64,000 nucleotides of DNA. Source: the human T2T-CHM13v2.0 reference genome, Homo sapiens. How positions within the stretch are numbered: the first letter of the stretch is position 1; every line of letters starts with the position of its first letter. Below are positions 48,466 to 63,427 of this stretch, piece after piece. Location: assembly GCF_009914755.1 (NCBI RefSeq), contig NC_060926.1. The stretch is one strand, 5' to 3'. The notes under the pieces were generated by a model that ran no database searches, was not told where the DNA came from, and was given only the letters and a program-made list of their open reading frames with translations. A program made the translations under genes and the position numbers.

Positions 48466-51118
48466 ACAAATGGTTATTAAAGCGGTGGCCGAGCGCTAGA
48501 GGCTCTCTCCGGATGAGGTGTCTCTCCTGCTGTGCCCCCAGGGCCTGTGTTTTGGAAACTCCAGCAAGCCAGCCCAGCAGGCCCTTTCGGGTGAGGAAGG
48601 CACCCCAGGAACTACAGGTGCTCCTCAGAAGAGTCAAGAAAGAGGGGTCAACTCTAAGCCCCTGAAAGAGCCCGACTTTGCATTTCTATTTCACAAGCTT
48701 ACAGTTCTGAGTAATTGTACTGGAGGGCTGTAGAGCCAAAGGCAATTCATGTGCAAATCTAGGCTTCTTCAGGCGTGAGATTTCGTCCGGTTTACACCAG
48801 ATGACCTGCCTCTGTCATGTCTCACTCTGTCTGCAATGGTCAGTTTCTTCTGTTTTTTTTTTCAGCCAGGCTCAGTGCTATGCAATCACGCTGACAGTCT
48901 GTAGTAATGATTGGGTTTGTTACCACTGGATTACACAAAGGCTTCTAACTACATACAAAGAGGTTGCTGACCACTCATCATGGGTTCCCCCGACCTTGGT
49001 GTTGTTTCTTCCAGGGGCAGGGATGGATTTGCCCCCGTCCTGCTTCACAATCTCCCTTTTTCTCTGGGTCTAACGGTAGAGGGGAAATCACCCTGTACTG
49101 CAATCCTGTTAGCTACCACCTCATTCTTGCAGCAGCTCAGCTGTGCACGTGACATACGTCATGTGTCTGAGCTCACTTAGATCCAAGTACCAGGAGGGGA
49201 ATCTGATATTTCTGACCCCAAACACGGTGCTCTGTCCACTACACTCATGGTTCAAACTGTGCTCCAGGAAGCTCTCCTGAGGTGGCCATGAGAGAAGGAA
49301 AGGAGGAGAGATCGTGGACAGGGAGGAGTGGCCAAAAGGGTGGTGCTCCCTGCTTCCCACCCTTCCTTCATCTAGAACAGCTGTGCTTTGATTTTTAAAA
49401 TATACGTGTGCGTACATTAAATTATAAATGTAATCTTTCTCTTAACTTTCCTTTCAGAAGGAGGAGAAAAATCTGCGCCTCTTTCTCTCAAGGGATACTT
49501 TGTCTCTGGGGTACTTTCTGACCCAGTGGACCCCTGGCAGAAGTAAGCGTGGACTGTGGCTACAGGACCACGCAGAGTCAACACGAACCGAAGCCAGGCC
49601 TTGGCCACGGCAGCTCTGGGGTCCAACCACTTGATCAATGCAGGAAATGCTTTGATGGCAGAATTCTTCCATGGCCAGCTTCTCATATTCTCTGGGACAG
49701 ACACAAACCAAGAAAAATGAGTGTGGCGCAGAATCTGATGTGTCCTTCCTTACCCCGTGCTGGTAGCAAAAAGTATGTCTTGAACTTTTCTTTGTTACAC
49801 ACAGTCTGGGTAATAACAGACTGAAGGAAAACTAAAGAAGCTTGGGAGGCTAAGTTCAATGACAAATGAAGAACTAAGGCAGAGAAAAAAGAGAATTGAG
49901 AAAGTGTCTGGGTGTCTGGAGAGGTTGGGGGAATAGAGAGGGAGGAGATATAATTGGCCAGATAACTTGAGAGTGGGAGAGGAGTGCAAACATTATTTTT
50001 GAGGCGCTTTGTTGGATATTTAAAATGCACTCCTACCTTTGGCATTTTCTCAAAAGGCAAGAAAGATTTGTTTTCAATTCTATTTTTCTGCTGGACTGAA
50101 CCAGTGCCAAGACTGGACCATGTAGGATCCTGGGTTTATTTCAGTTACATAAGCAAACGTTGCTGTGATTTGGAATAGTCAAAGTCATGAATGTTTCTCA
50201 ACTTCCATTTTGTCAGCTGCTTGAGTTTCTATTCTGAGAGGTGCTAACTGTGAACATTGTTATTCACTTGTGTTCCCTAAATCACTTTTAATTAGTTTTA
50301 ATTTGAACCAAGAATGTTCTACTGTTGAAACTATGTCAAGAATGATCAAAAATGAAATTAATAAAGAATTCGCGTCAAAAAAAATTTGCACTAATATTAC
50401 AGTATTTTATAATGTCTATCTCAGCAGAGTCACAGATAATTTAGAATTTTTAATTTTGTTTTTAAGTGATTTTCCTCAAAGCTATAATAGCCTTGGTAAA
50501 GAGTTTAGTTAAACATTATTTTTCACCTCTCACGCATTTTGTGTAATGAAATTTTTCTATCATCTTCCAGTGGAATTAATTGCATTGGTGCAAAAAATGC
50601 AATCAAATCGATGACTGAATTTAGCCTTTGAAACCTCACGTCTAGCTGGGATAGTTACTATATTCATTACATACTGAAAAATGATAAGCAGTAAGCTTTT
50701 CTGCTAAAAAACTGCCAAAGATAAGTTTTTCAAGGCTCTCAAAATATCCTAAAGCTGACAATACAAGAAATGTTAAAATATTGTTGGAATTTTTAACGGA
50801 ATCTTCCTTCTCTTCTTTTCCTGTTTAAGACAATAGTAGTTAGTTGTCCACTAATCGTTAATACACGATTTTCTAACAAAGACTTGCATATCCTTTTGGC
50901 TAAAAAGTGGCCAAATATCAGAGAGCTAGAAGTTTGGGAGACAGCCTTTAGTCTTTTCCAAAGCATGTAAGCCCTTTTGAATCATTTTGGGTAAATGGCG
51001 AAGATTAAACAGAATTCATAAAGGGTTTCTGATACATAAGTGGAATGTGCCTGTGAGGACACTACACATGACAATAATCTAAGCATGCTCTCTTTTAGTC
51101 CCAAAACGTGTAGAGTAA

Positions 51119-51564
51119 TGTCACATGAAATTTACAGGAGGCCATTGACTTGGACTGAGCTCCTGCACCAGGCCTAACAGACCAAACCAAAATGGAGTCA
51201 CTCATGCTGAAGTTCACACCACCAAGCCAAAACTGAGTTGTTTATCCGATCTTCCAAGAAATCAAGAAAGACAGGGAGATAACAGCCCAATCCCCAAACA
51301 GGCCAGTTTTTGCTGGCATGATAGGAAGGCCCCTCTGCTTCAAACTTTCCAAAGAAAGTAACTTGGAAACAACCAATCTGCTTTTTGTTCTCCGTTTCTG
51401 CTTTCCTCAACCATTTTCTGACCATAAAACCAACATCCTTTGCTCGGCTCATGGGAACATTCATTCTATTTTGTAGAATGAGGTGTTGCCCGATATTCTA
51501 GATTTGCAAATAAAAGCCAATTAAGATCTTTAAATTAAATCTGTTGTAACTTTGTCTTTTGACA
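51119..51564 (+). mobile_element. ERV1-class solo LTR (family not determined)
   Basis: TG...CA termini, near-TSD gtaa/ctaa, CCAAT, AATAAA, ccaaaccaaaatggagtcactcatgct motif. Confidence 0.72.
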
Positions 51565-54500
51565 CTAATAAATGCACGAACAGGTTTCTTTAGAGAAAGC
51601 CCGTGATATGCAGGGTATGTTTGACAAGTGCTGTGGTCAAATGTGATACTGTTTACATTCTCATTTTCATAATTTTCTTAAGTACTATGTAATTTGGTCT
51701 TGGGAATGCTTCGCTAATTACGGGTGAGGAGGATGGGCCTTGTATGTGACAGAATGATTTAGTGTTCTGTAGTTCAGTGGAAAGAGTGTAGATGTGTTGA
51801 ATATTTATGACGTTTTACCTTCTCTCTTTGTTACAGAGGCCTTACAACAAATTAAAACATGTGTGTCAGCTCCCTAATTATCTAGCTAGACTTTTAAAGA
51901 TTGGCTAGTTAAGGCTGAATTTTATTCAAGCACTACTTCATCTGTCATACTATTTTAAGTACATTAGCCTTGTTAGCCTATTATATGGCCATGATCAGTA
52001 CTGTTTAAATTGCCAACTTCTACAAGTCCCTTCTGTGTGCTCTGGCTCAATCAATGCATTAGTGGTACTAGCTTAGTTTTGTCACAGTTCTGGGCACATT
52101 GGCAGTCCCCGGGTGGGAGGCCTGGAGCTCCTGAGTAAACATAGTGCATCTGCCTGGAGCTTCAATTTTACTTGAGGATTTGGAAAAATATAAATTAATC
52201 GATTTAACCATTTATTTAATGTGCTCCAATTCTTTATTTAATTGGCTGCAAAGCAAACAAAATTATGCATTAGCTATGTTATGACTAAAACCCAAATGTT
52301 GTTGAATACTTTCAGTGATAGAATAACAGCGTGTAAACCCAGAAGTATGACTGCTTAGCTGTCAGATTTCCAGCCAGAAACCGGCTGAGAAAAAAATGTG
52401 ATGACACTCATCCTGAGAAGTGTTGGGACGGAGCCTCACCTGGCTTCTGGGTGAGGCAGTCCAAAGCCTACTCCCATCTCATGTCAAAGTCCCCTGTCAT
52501 TGCACAGGAACTCCAGGGACTGTTCAAGAAGGAACAGGAAGCCTCCAACCCAAGGGAAGGGGACTCATCCTGTTGTCAGGTGAGATCCTGAGAAGCATGG
52601 GTGAGCTCAGCATGGGCGGGGCCATTGAGGAAGTTCCTCTTTCCTCAGCTAAGCCGCACTGGCCAGGAGGTCCCTGAGTCCTGAGAGCATCCTCCCAGAG
52701 CTGTCCAGGTTACTCTCCAGACCTGGTCGTGGCACCTCTCAGCTCCTGGTGCCTGAGTCCCTGCCTTTGACTAGGATCACCATTTATCACCCCCCACTGC
52801 ACCCATTGCCCCTCACCTGCCCAGTGTGGTGACACAGTCTTGCTCAGGTCCAGTCCTAGTCCTGTGAGAGAGTTTCTGCCCTTGACTTTGGTCCACATTT
52901 CCAGTTCCTGTCTTTATGTGGTCCACTGCCAGGACTATAGACGAGTTCAACCAATGAACAATATAAAGTTTGATCTTTCTGTGAAAATAAATATGAATGC
53001 AAAATTCACATGAATGCTTAAAATATCAGACCTCAAAGATGAGTGCTGTCTATCTGTGGCCCCTTTGAGCAATCCCTGTGCCCCTGGAGGATGCATTCAT
53101 CCGCTGCTGTTACAGCGCCACCAGCAGTCACTTTTGAGGAGTGCAGCTCCAAGGGATGACGGTATAAGGGGAAGAATTCAGCCAAAGTGAGATGTCCTCC
53201 AGCAAAATCAGAGACAGTGCCCTTCAGAGGGCTCGTGTCCTGCTGGAATTGGGAAATTCCATAAGGCTGCAGATATTCAGCCTCCTAACTGAACTCTATG
53301 CAATGCCTTTATCCCCTCCTCCCGATCTGTGCAAAATATCAAAGGAATAAAACCTGTTTTCTTTCTTAGTGGTTGCACCAATTTTGTGCAGTCTGGTTCT
53401 TTTCTGTTTTTCTGTAAAATTGTTTTCAGAAGTACTTAAAGTTGTTGTGGTGAAAGTTAACTTTATGATGCTTGTTTTTCGTTTCAAAAACAATAAAGGC
53501 AGCTTTGGCTCGTGCTGAGAACCTGAGCCAAGATAGCAGGAGATAGGATTCCAGGGCCCTTTCAGCTTCCTTGTGATGACTTGTAAAACAGCACACACAG
53601 CCTTGGCTCTATCCTCTTCCCACCCCGCACCCCCTTTCTTAGAAACATGAGGAGCCCAGGCAGTCATGAGAAACCTTTCTGAGCATGAGAGTCTCACTGA
53701 ACTGAAGGGTCAGAGGATGACTAGGCCCCCCCTTGTCCTGGACAAACGGCTGCTGTCCCAGTGTTTTCCTCCTTGCTCCTAGGATGGGGGCTTTCAGGAT
53801 ACGTTTTGGGTGGGAAGAGATGCACCAGAAGGCATCCCTAATTTGAGGTGGGGCTGTGATAGTCTTTGCTTTAGCCAGGCCAGTTCCAGACCTGATGCAA
53901 TTAATCCTGCATTAAGGTCGAAGCTGCTGACCCCTCTCAGAGGGCCCCTCAAGTTCTACCTCTTCAAAATATAAATATCAGTCCCAGAGCCTGATCTTTG
54001 GCTCATATTTCCTAGAGAAAAATACTTGAAAAATTTGCAGGCATGTACTTCTGTGCTCATTTCAATTCTGAAGGTGAATTGGCATGGTGTTGGTTAAGGA
54101 GGACCCTGTCGTTGATTAGAATGGTCACCTTAAGTAAGGACTTGTTCCTAGTGCCTGGCTCTGTGACAAGCATCCCCAGCCTGCCAGTGACACAGCATTT
54201 GTGTATCCCTTTTTGTCCTAAACCAGAGCTCATTCTTGTACCATATGTATAAAGACTGATACTTTGCAGATGGAAATTCCTCCCTGAGACAGAGACAGAT
54301 CATCTGCCCCCATCCCATATGGCTTAGGAAGGGCAAAGAAAGAGCCAGAGGAAGCAAGCTTAGAAAGTGAGAGCAAGGGAATCGGGAGAGAACAATTCAA
54401 AGACAGAACTGGGAAGCAGGTTTTAGAAATAGGAGGTTGTTGTCAGAGACCCAAGGGAGACATATGAGGGAGCTTCCTGGGTGTTGATGTGGCCTGAATC

Positions 54501-57500
54501 TTTACACTGGGCCTGGTGTCTGGGAGAAAGAGCCGTCCGTGCCTTCAGGGATGAGAGGCTGAAGGAAAAGCCTGGCTGCCTGCTGTGCGGATGCAGTGAA
54601 GATGTGGGGTAGGGTGGGGGCTAGAGAGAGAAAGCAAACTGGGATTAAGGAGAACATTCAGCAAGCCAGGCAATGCTGGGCTCTGCAAAGATCTGGGACC
54701 ATCTCTGTATTTGGTGTCTGAATGTTCTCACAGTTTAATAAGGCAGTTCTTCCACCTGCATTGGAATAGGGTAAGTGCACACCCTTTCCTTCTTCCCTGC
54801 CATCCCCAAGGAGATGCCACAAGGATACCCCACTTTGGGACATAAATTCTAACATACTTGATTTTTTAAAGATCAGTGTCATCACCCAAAAGTTATGCTT
54901 GCTGTGTTCATGGTCTGCATTTATGCTCTCTGAATTTGCCTTGTCAAAGCCCGGCTTTTCTCCAGAATCCCACTATGGCAGGAGATCAAGGGAGGGCCTC
55001 ATGCTCTCCAGCAAATGATAAAATTCCACAGCGAAGCTTTCCCAGCATCATCCAGAAAGAACCCAGAATTAGCTGGGTTCTGACAACCATAGCACATGTC
55101 CCCACACAGGCTGTGCACCTTGACTGAGCAACACCCCTGTCCTCGGCCAGCAGAAGACTCGCTTGGCCTGGTGTGGGCAGAAAACATGCCCCAGGCTTTT
55201 CTCTTGGCACAGCTTGCTTGGAGCCCTCTCTGCTCCCCCAGAGCCACAGCCCTGCCCCTCGCCCCAGTGATGGTGCTGTGGTTTGCTTATTTTGACATAT
55301 TCGTTCCTAACACGCTGAAGATGAAAGGCAGGAAATGTGCAGTTCCAGTTCCCATAGCAGCAGTGGTTGGACCACGTTGCGTCACATTTACAGAAGGGTC
55401 ATGGGATCCTGAAGGCAAACACAGCATAGGCTGACCTCAGGCCCAGGGGCTGGCCTGGCACAGCACATGCTGGGCGCTGCCCGCCCCTAGATGGAATCCC
55501 TCCTCACCACGGACTGACCACAGCCTGGCTCACTCCCACCACTGTCTGTGACTGAAGCCACCTCCTCACAAGGTCACTCCTCTTGGGGCTCCCCACTGTC
55601 CCAGAGAGAGCCCACTTCCTCCCAGACCACTCCCAGTCCTGGCAGTGTGACTGCTGCTGAGTGACGAATATGGAACTCTCCCTGCCTTTCCAGTTCTCTT
55701 CGAGCAGGAAGTGCCTCCAGATCTTTGGGGCAGAGATTGGAAACCCCCAGTATTCTAAAAAAGTGGCAGAACTTGACCCATCAAGACCCAAAGGGAAAAA
55801 AAAGCCAAGGCCTTGCTGTTTTCCCTCAGTGACCATCGGCCCTTCCTGCAGTCCCCAGCCAGCTAGATGATTCTTCTCTAAAACACGCCATCTTTCCCAT
55901 AAGATATAACTAAGCATCACTTCCACCCACACTCAGGATGTTAAGACATTTGAAGAATAATTTGTTCTAGACCCGAAAAAAACCTTGCAGGAAGAATTCC
56001 ACTTCCCTTCCTCCAGGTGTGTGCCATGTGTGTGCCAGGTGTGTGCCTTGGTTATGGGGGCAGTGGGGGCTGTAACTGGCTTCGTATGTGGCCATTTCCT
56101 GCCTTTGGTGCAGTTAAACCAAGCCCTGGGTCATTAGGCTGCAGGAATACCATTTGTGCATTTCATTTCCTTGGGGATGATTTTTTAAAGTGGCTCTAAT
56201 GCACCTGATCACACTCAGATGTGTTCCCAGGGAAGCAGGCGATTTGAGAGTGCAGTAAAGCCAGCTCGCATGTGCCCAGATCCAGCTCAGTTTCCTGTTC
56301 AACAGAAGCCACTAAAGACAGGTACTCAGGGTTGATAATGTCCTTTTGTGCCTTTGTCTGGGGCAGCTCATTAAGGTAGAGACACCTCAGCGCTGACAGG
56401 ACAACCCCTTCCTGTGTGTTCCAGGGAAACCTAATTGACTACAAAACCTTTTTTTTTTTTTTTGATGTTACCACTGCCAGATACAAATCCAATTAGCAGC
56501 AGAGTTAACTCAGATGAATCCTGGAAACACGGAAATACCACATTCTACAGCTAATCAGACCCGTGGAATGATGACACATCTGGATGTCATCAGGAAGGTG
56601 GGATTCTGAGGACAATAGGAGACTGGATGCTCTCAGAGCCCACATGTTCCACTGATTTCAGAGCCCCCTTCTGTGGGTGAATTACAAGGACTTCGAGGAT
56701 TAACAGTCGGAGGCCAGCTTCTGTCTGCTCAAGGCCTCTGGGTCTAGGAACATCATCGCTTTATTCTGAGGCCAAGAGATATTCAAAAGAAGTCACTAAG
56801 GTCTTATTTCCAGTAGAGCCCCTTGGTCCCTCCACAAATCCCTCCCTACAAATCTGGATGGATTTAAGAAACCCTTTGTTTCTTGTTATGTGACCCTTCT
56901 CCCAGAGACTTGGGAATCCTGTATTCTGACTCTCCTGAGAGTAGAAGCAAACTAGTAATTTCAAGGCACAGAGGGATGCTCTGGCCCTCCCTGACCTCCC
57001 TTTAAATAATTAATGTTGCCAGGCAGGTGCTAAAAGACTAGGCAGAGAGAAAAATGCCAATGCAAAAGGGCAAGTGCAAAAGGAAATACCTGCCTGGCCT
57101 TTGAGTGATCATGATGGTGACTATTCACCATTGCAATGTGGATTGTAATGTTGGAAGACACTCCAGGCTCTGGGAACCTTGCTTTTAGTAATAAAAGCCC
57201 CATTTAGAAGTAACCAGGTAGCTAGAACAGCAGGGCTAGAATCAAACCGATCAGAAGCCACGCAGGAGGCTTGTGTGGGGGCTTCTCAGGACATCAAGTT
57301 TCATCCTGATTGGTGGCCTTGTTGTTTCAGAAGTCCTCACTTGCCCACAGAACAGGTTTCTCCTCAACCTACTCGCCTGATTGGTGGGAAAACCCCCACT
57401 GGTAGAAGTGGCGGCTGTCAGGGTAGGAGGGCAGAGGCTGGTGCAAGATTTGGAGGCTTTTATCCTTCTTATGTGATGTGTGATATGCTTGGTTCATCTA

Positions 57501-60061
57501 AGTGTAGTGGGTCTACTCTGGCCTCAGACAGGCGGAAAGCATATGGAGATAAGCAGGGTGGAAGTCTCTGGAATCAAAGCCCAGGGGTCTGGGAAATCAG
57601 CTGGAGCTCTCAGATGTAAGCAGCAGAAACGAACAAGGGCTGTTTTCAGCAGGCAGTATCCATCACAATTACCTTAGGTATTTACTTTACCCTTCTACAA
57701 GCCTCAGAATATTTCAAGGCCCCCTTTACTATCTCTGGTGGATTCAATGGCTCAGCATTCTTCATAGCCACAGGCTTTCATGGACTTCATGTTATTATTG
57801 GATCAACGTTTCTCACTATCTGCCTTTTCAGTGGAGAAGGAGTGTATTGAATGGCTATGGGGTGGCTCAGAGTCAGCGAGGGCTGCAGCGTGAGCTTGGA
57901 AAACAGCAGGAGGGCTCTGGCGCAGCCAGGCTCATGGGCAGAACCACACCAGAAGCCTAGGGCCGGGAGGGCTCTGGGACGCCTGCTGTGGGTTCCTGGA
58001 CATCACAGTCCCCTATGGGTACCGCTGGTGCTGGGCCTGGCCACCGTAGGGGAACAGCTACCTCCAAGGCCACTGAGGACACAGGGTTCCACCCCCTGCA
58101 GCCCCCTGCCATGGTGGTCCCTCGTTGTTCCTGCCACTCTCAGCTCTGGCATCTCACTTAAGTCTGTGTGTCTCTAATTGGCCCAGCTCAACCATGTGCC
58201 TGTGCCCCACGGCAAGGTGTAAATATCCACGATGCCTGAATTCCGATGCAGAGCCCACACTCTCCAGGAGGAAAGCTACTGATTGCTCTCTTTATCACCA
58301 GCGGACTACAATGAAGACTAAACGAGACAACAGCCTGGCCCTCATGAGGCTGTCCTTTCCTGCCCCTACCGCCCAGCTCCTTTGGTCCAAGCACCAAATT
58401 CCGCTTGGTGGATATCCAGGCCCTTCACTTCACTTCTCTTTCTTCCTCAGGCTGTTGTTCCTTCTGTATCTCTCCTTAGGGCCTCCATAGGGAGGGAAGG
58501 GGGCATGAGGTAAAGTCCTGTGCCATTGCTCTCCAGTTTACAGCGAGGCAGGTGCAGCTAGTGGCCAACTGATGGCCACAGCAAGGGTGTTAACTGGTTA
58601 GAAAATGCCAAGCACCTGCCTCGGAGCTCAGTCCCCACCTGTGAAATAAAGCTGCAGCCAGGGTCTGGGGCTCACACGGAGGAGGAGGGTCTCCAGCAAG
58701 GAGGTCACCCTTCAGATGCAGGACAGAGCAGCAGAAGCCAGGCGGAGTTCCACCCTAAGCAAGGTAGGAAGAAAACGGAGTGGGCTGCAGAGCACTGGGA
58801 GTTTTTTGAAAAATTATAACAAGACTTCTTTGTTTATCTTCTCCCTGGCTTCCGCAGCCGGTCTGAGTCGGGATAAATTCAGCACAGGAGGAAAATGCAG
58901 CATTTCCTCCCCCTCTCCTCCCATTTTAGGTGAGAGGAGGAGGTGGCATGGGGGATAGAGAAAGATCTGGCAAGCTCGCCAGCTGGCACTGCGGCTGGGC
59001 TGAACACAGCGAGCTTGCTCTGCGCCCCCACAGAGCGGGGCCCAGAGCAGAAATGCGGAGGTATCCTCTCTCTTTGCTCCCCTTCCACCATCTCCTTAGA
59101 AGTCAGGTTGGTCTCAGGCATAGAGGGGGTAGGTAGCCCCTTGCTCAGTATGATCCAAGCGTCCACACACCTGCAGGCCCCTGCAGAGCCCCAACAATCA
59201 GGCTCATGGCACGCAGCTTCTGGGGGGAGCCATGTTTTTAAGAGTACACCGTTGCTTTCAGAAAGACCCATTTAAAATGCAAACCGGTAGCTTGGGAACA
59301 GCAATATATGACAAGCTCAATCCCCTCACGGAGTTGACCATCATATTACTAAGGGATGGCTCACGCGACAGTTCTAAGGATGGGAGCTGGAGATATTTTG
59401 ATGCAAGTGAGGACATGCAGTGGTGGGTGCCCTGGGTGTAGGGATCACATGAGGGGTTTGGATAAGAAGGGGCACCAGGAAGATTAGTAGGAATAAGGAA
59501 TGAGGTTGGAGACAGGGATTGTGAGCACGAGGCCTCTTCACCCCCTTAGGCTTACACTTACAGAGCCTCGCCTCTCCCTAGCATAGGGAAGAAGTTGGAA
59601 AGCTTTGGATACTGCTGTCCAAAACCCAAAGACCTTTCACAAGAGCCTGGGTCTGGACAACATGTCTGGTCTCCTCCCGATCCCTGTGTTGATGGCGGAG
59701 AAGGTGGTGTGATGACAGAGGCCAATGCATTCTGTAGGGGAGAAGGGACTCCCCTAGGAGCTGGATCTAGGGACAGACTTAAGCAGCATTTTATTTTTTG
59801 TATCAATTTCATGCATGGTTTGTTTGTTTTAAAATCTGGTTCAAGGCATTGTAGCTATGAAGACTCAGTTATTACTGAGCCTACACTGGGTGGGAGGATG
59901 GGAAGGCCTGCGGGGCTGCTGTTGCCCTTTTGAGTAGTTCCATTCTGGTGCCCAGAGGCTGGCATCACAGGGAGTCCTTGGCCCTTGGCCACTGAACAGA
60001 ATAAAGACTGAAAAAGGGACCATGGAGGTAGGTGACAGAGGTGCATTGCTAAATATTACAT

Positions 60062-60465
60062 TGTATTTTGTTTGAGTCTGTTTGGGCTGCCATAAAGTAA
60101 TACAGGCTGGATGGATCACACAACAGATACTTATTTTCTCACAGTTTTGGAGGCTGGAAGTCTAAGATCAGAGTGCCAACAGGGTTGGTTTCTGGTGAGG
60201 GCTCTCTTCCTTACTTGCAGACGGCCACCTTCTCACTGTGTCCTCACATGACCTTTTCTCTGTACACACATGGAGAGAGAGAGAGAGAGAGATCTCTGGT
60301 GTCTCTTCCTCCTCTTATAAGGATATCAGCCCTACTGGATTAGGGGCCTTATGACCTCATTTAACCTTAATTACTTCTTTAAAGGCCTTGTCTCCAAATA
60401 CAGTCACATTGAAGATTAGGGCTTTGACACGTGAATTATGGGGTGATATCATTCAGTCCATAACA
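60062..60465 (-). mobile_element. MLT1A-like solo LTR
   Basis: ttctcacagttttggaggctggaagtctaagatca...attcagtccataaca. Confidence 0.82.
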
Positions 60466-61574
60466 TACCTATATACATACGTATGCATATATGTTAACAG
60501 TAATCTTCTGGTGGTGGAATATGAGTGCATTTTTTAGTTTGTGTTCTATGATCTCCAGGTTTCTGCATTAAGAATATCTTACTCCTGTACTTACAGGAAG
60601 AAAGCAACAGGTAATAGTTTCTAAAGAGAAGGAACACATTTTCAGTTCAAAATAACATGTACTGTAGGATTATTTCTAGAATTACATCTATAACTTGTGT
60701 GCCCATCTACGGACTCACCTGCCTACCCATCTATCTGTCCATCTGTCCATCCTTCCACCCATCCATCCATTCTTCAGTTCTTCCTTCCATTCTTTTTTCC
60801 ATCTGTGTATTTGCATTGAGAGATATATGGAATGAAAATGAACAAAATGTTTGTGATGGTTGTTTCCGTATGGTGGAGTTTTAAGTGATTTTGTATTCTT
60901 CGTACTTATCTCTTCTGCTTGAAATTTGTAATAAGGAGGTACGTAAATTTTTTCTCAATTCACAACATTGAACTTTTTATTTGCTTACACACATGATCCG
61001 AATCACTTGATTCTGGAACAGTAGTTGGTCTAACACAGCATCTCTGCTCTATTCATAGGGTGGGTTCTAATCACCAAGCCTAACTGAGCGTTCCTAGCTG
61101 GCAAGACTGAGAGCAACTCTGACCCCACAGCCTTGGTCGTGCTGAGGTTGCCAAGCTCAGCGTGTAAAGTGGAGGTGTAGCTCAGTGGGGGAGAAGAGAG
61201 GGAGTTTGCAGGCTACACCTGGGCTCCATTTAAACCCACAGCCGGGCATCTCGAGCCTTTGATGTATGCTGTGCAACTGGCTGGCGGGTCTGTAGCTGGC
61301 GAGGCTCTGCCATTTACTACTCCAGGGTGACTGCTAAGTGCCCTCAGGGCCTTCCTGCCCAGCTGCAATTGTCATCTCTGTTCCAGTCTCCCCTGACTCC
61401 CACTATTCTGAAACTGGGGCAGGAGATCCTGTGGAAAGATCTCCAAGGGCCTCTGAGCTTAGAGATCTCCAAGGTCAAGGATGTGGCTGTTGAACATTTT
61501 TAGCTCCAGTGAAATAGATAAGCAGCCTTCTGTGTTCATGGATTTGCAGAGCATTTTCTGAGTGTTGGAGAGCA

Positions 61575-62270
61575 AAGGAGTAGTAGGCACTTTCTCACCT
61601 AGGGTGGGAGTGAGAATGACACAACAGTTTAGGAAAACAGGCTAGCATTCGTTATTTAGGAGAGGCGAAGATACATTGGCACCATGACCTAGCAACCCTG
61701 CTCCTAGGCACATGCTTTGCATCTGGAGATGTATACGGATGATCATGAGAGTGTTTTTTCTAATAGCCCCATGCTGGAAGCAACCCAATGCCCATAACAG
61801 TTATAGATGGCCTGCATAAATTGAGCTATATTTGTACAGTGGAATGCTATCCATCTGTAAAGATGAACTGATTACAGCTAGGGCAACAACATGGTCATAA
61901 CCCACAAACATAAAGTCGAGTGAACAAAGAAAATCGAAAAAGAATATATACAGCATTATATTGTTCATGTGAAGTTCAGAAACAAAGCCATATTTTTTTT
62001 AGGGATGCATACAAAAGTAGTAAAAATATGGAAAAAAATTTATAAAACACAAGATACGGATACCCAGGGGAAGGAAAGGAATCAGAATCAGCCAGACTTT
62101 CTTTCCCAGGGTGGACAGGGACTTCTGGGGTGCCTGGCAATGTTTTTCTTCTTAACCTGGGTGGTGGTGACAAAGATGTTTGCTTTATAAATTATTCATT
62201 AAACTCTTCAGTTACATGTCTTTCTTTGAATATTTTATATTCACTATGAGAATATGCAAAAGAGAAAAGC
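61575..62270 (+). mobile_element. Old L1 (L1ME/MC-like) 3' fragment
   Basis: atgacctagcaaccctgctcctagg...ctggaagcaacccaatgccca; degenerate. Confidence 0.6.
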
Positions 62271-62979
62271 AAAATCCAGTCTCCATGTCTAGAAATGGCT
62301 GCTTCCTTTACCCCAGGCTTCCTTACTTCTGGGACCTCCAAGCAGCATTTGTCCAAGTCTATGACCAGGGTCGTGAGTCAGTGTGCTCTTACTTTCCAAG
62401 TTCTATGATGAGCTTAGCCTTATATCTGGGACTGTTGTATGTGTGGAAGTGGGAGGGGTGGGAATATGCTGCCCCAAGAAGACAAAACATTAGGAATAAC
62501 AGTGAAAACACGAGACAACGCTGTAGAGACTTCCAGTGTGGTGGAAGTTTGGAGAATGAGTCCAGGGAAGGAACACTCCATTGGTCCTGAGGATGGACTG
62601 GGGGAGACAGAAGCTGGGAGTGGGGAGGGTGAGAGAGGATGTTGTGATGAAGGTCCCTGTGAATGACCGGTGGAAGCCAAGTATTGCTGGATCCACAGGA
62701 GGGTTTGGAAAAGCAGGAGAATGTTTGCTTCACCCCACCTTGTTGCCAGTTTTTGTCCACCAATCAATCAATTATCAATTCAGTGATGCCCCCAGATATG
62801 TTATATCTAACAGTCAATAGGAGAATCTTGAACAAAGAAGACATACAGAAACCTTCAGAGAAAAATAGAAAGTGAATAAGAGAATTAAAAAATAGATGCC
62901 ATTGTTCTCATTGCCAAACTCTATTGGAAAACAATCCTCAGCTGCTCCAGGAAACGCATTAATCAGAAGTCTCCCGGGC

Positions 62980-63410
62980 TTGCTGTGGAAAATAGTTTGG
63001 TAGTTCCTTACAAAGTGAATCATAGAATTACCTTACAATCCAGCGATTCTACTTCGGTTATATATCCAAGAGAATTGAAAGCAGGGACTCAAACAGACCC
63101 TTGTGCACCATAGCCTTATTCACCATAGCCAGAGGTGGAAAAACCCAAGTGCCCATCCACAGATGAATGGATAAACAAAATGCAGCACATCTATATAATG
63201 GAATATGATTCAGCCTTAAAAAGAATGAAGCATTGAGACTGCTACAACATGGATGCACCTTGAACCCGTGCCAAGGGAAATAAGCCAGTCGCCAAGGGAC
63301 AATATTATAGAATTATTCCATTTCTATCAGGTACCTAGAATAAGCAAATTCACAGAGACTGAAAATAGAACAGTAGTTAGCGGGGGCTAGGAAAAGAAGG
63401 GCATAGTTAT
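62980..63410 (+). mobile_element. L1MB-like 3' fragment
   Basis: gctgtggaaaatagtttgg...catagaattacc...gatgaatggataaacaaaatg. Confidence 0.82.
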
Positions 63411-63427
63411 TGTGTGTGTGTCGTTGG

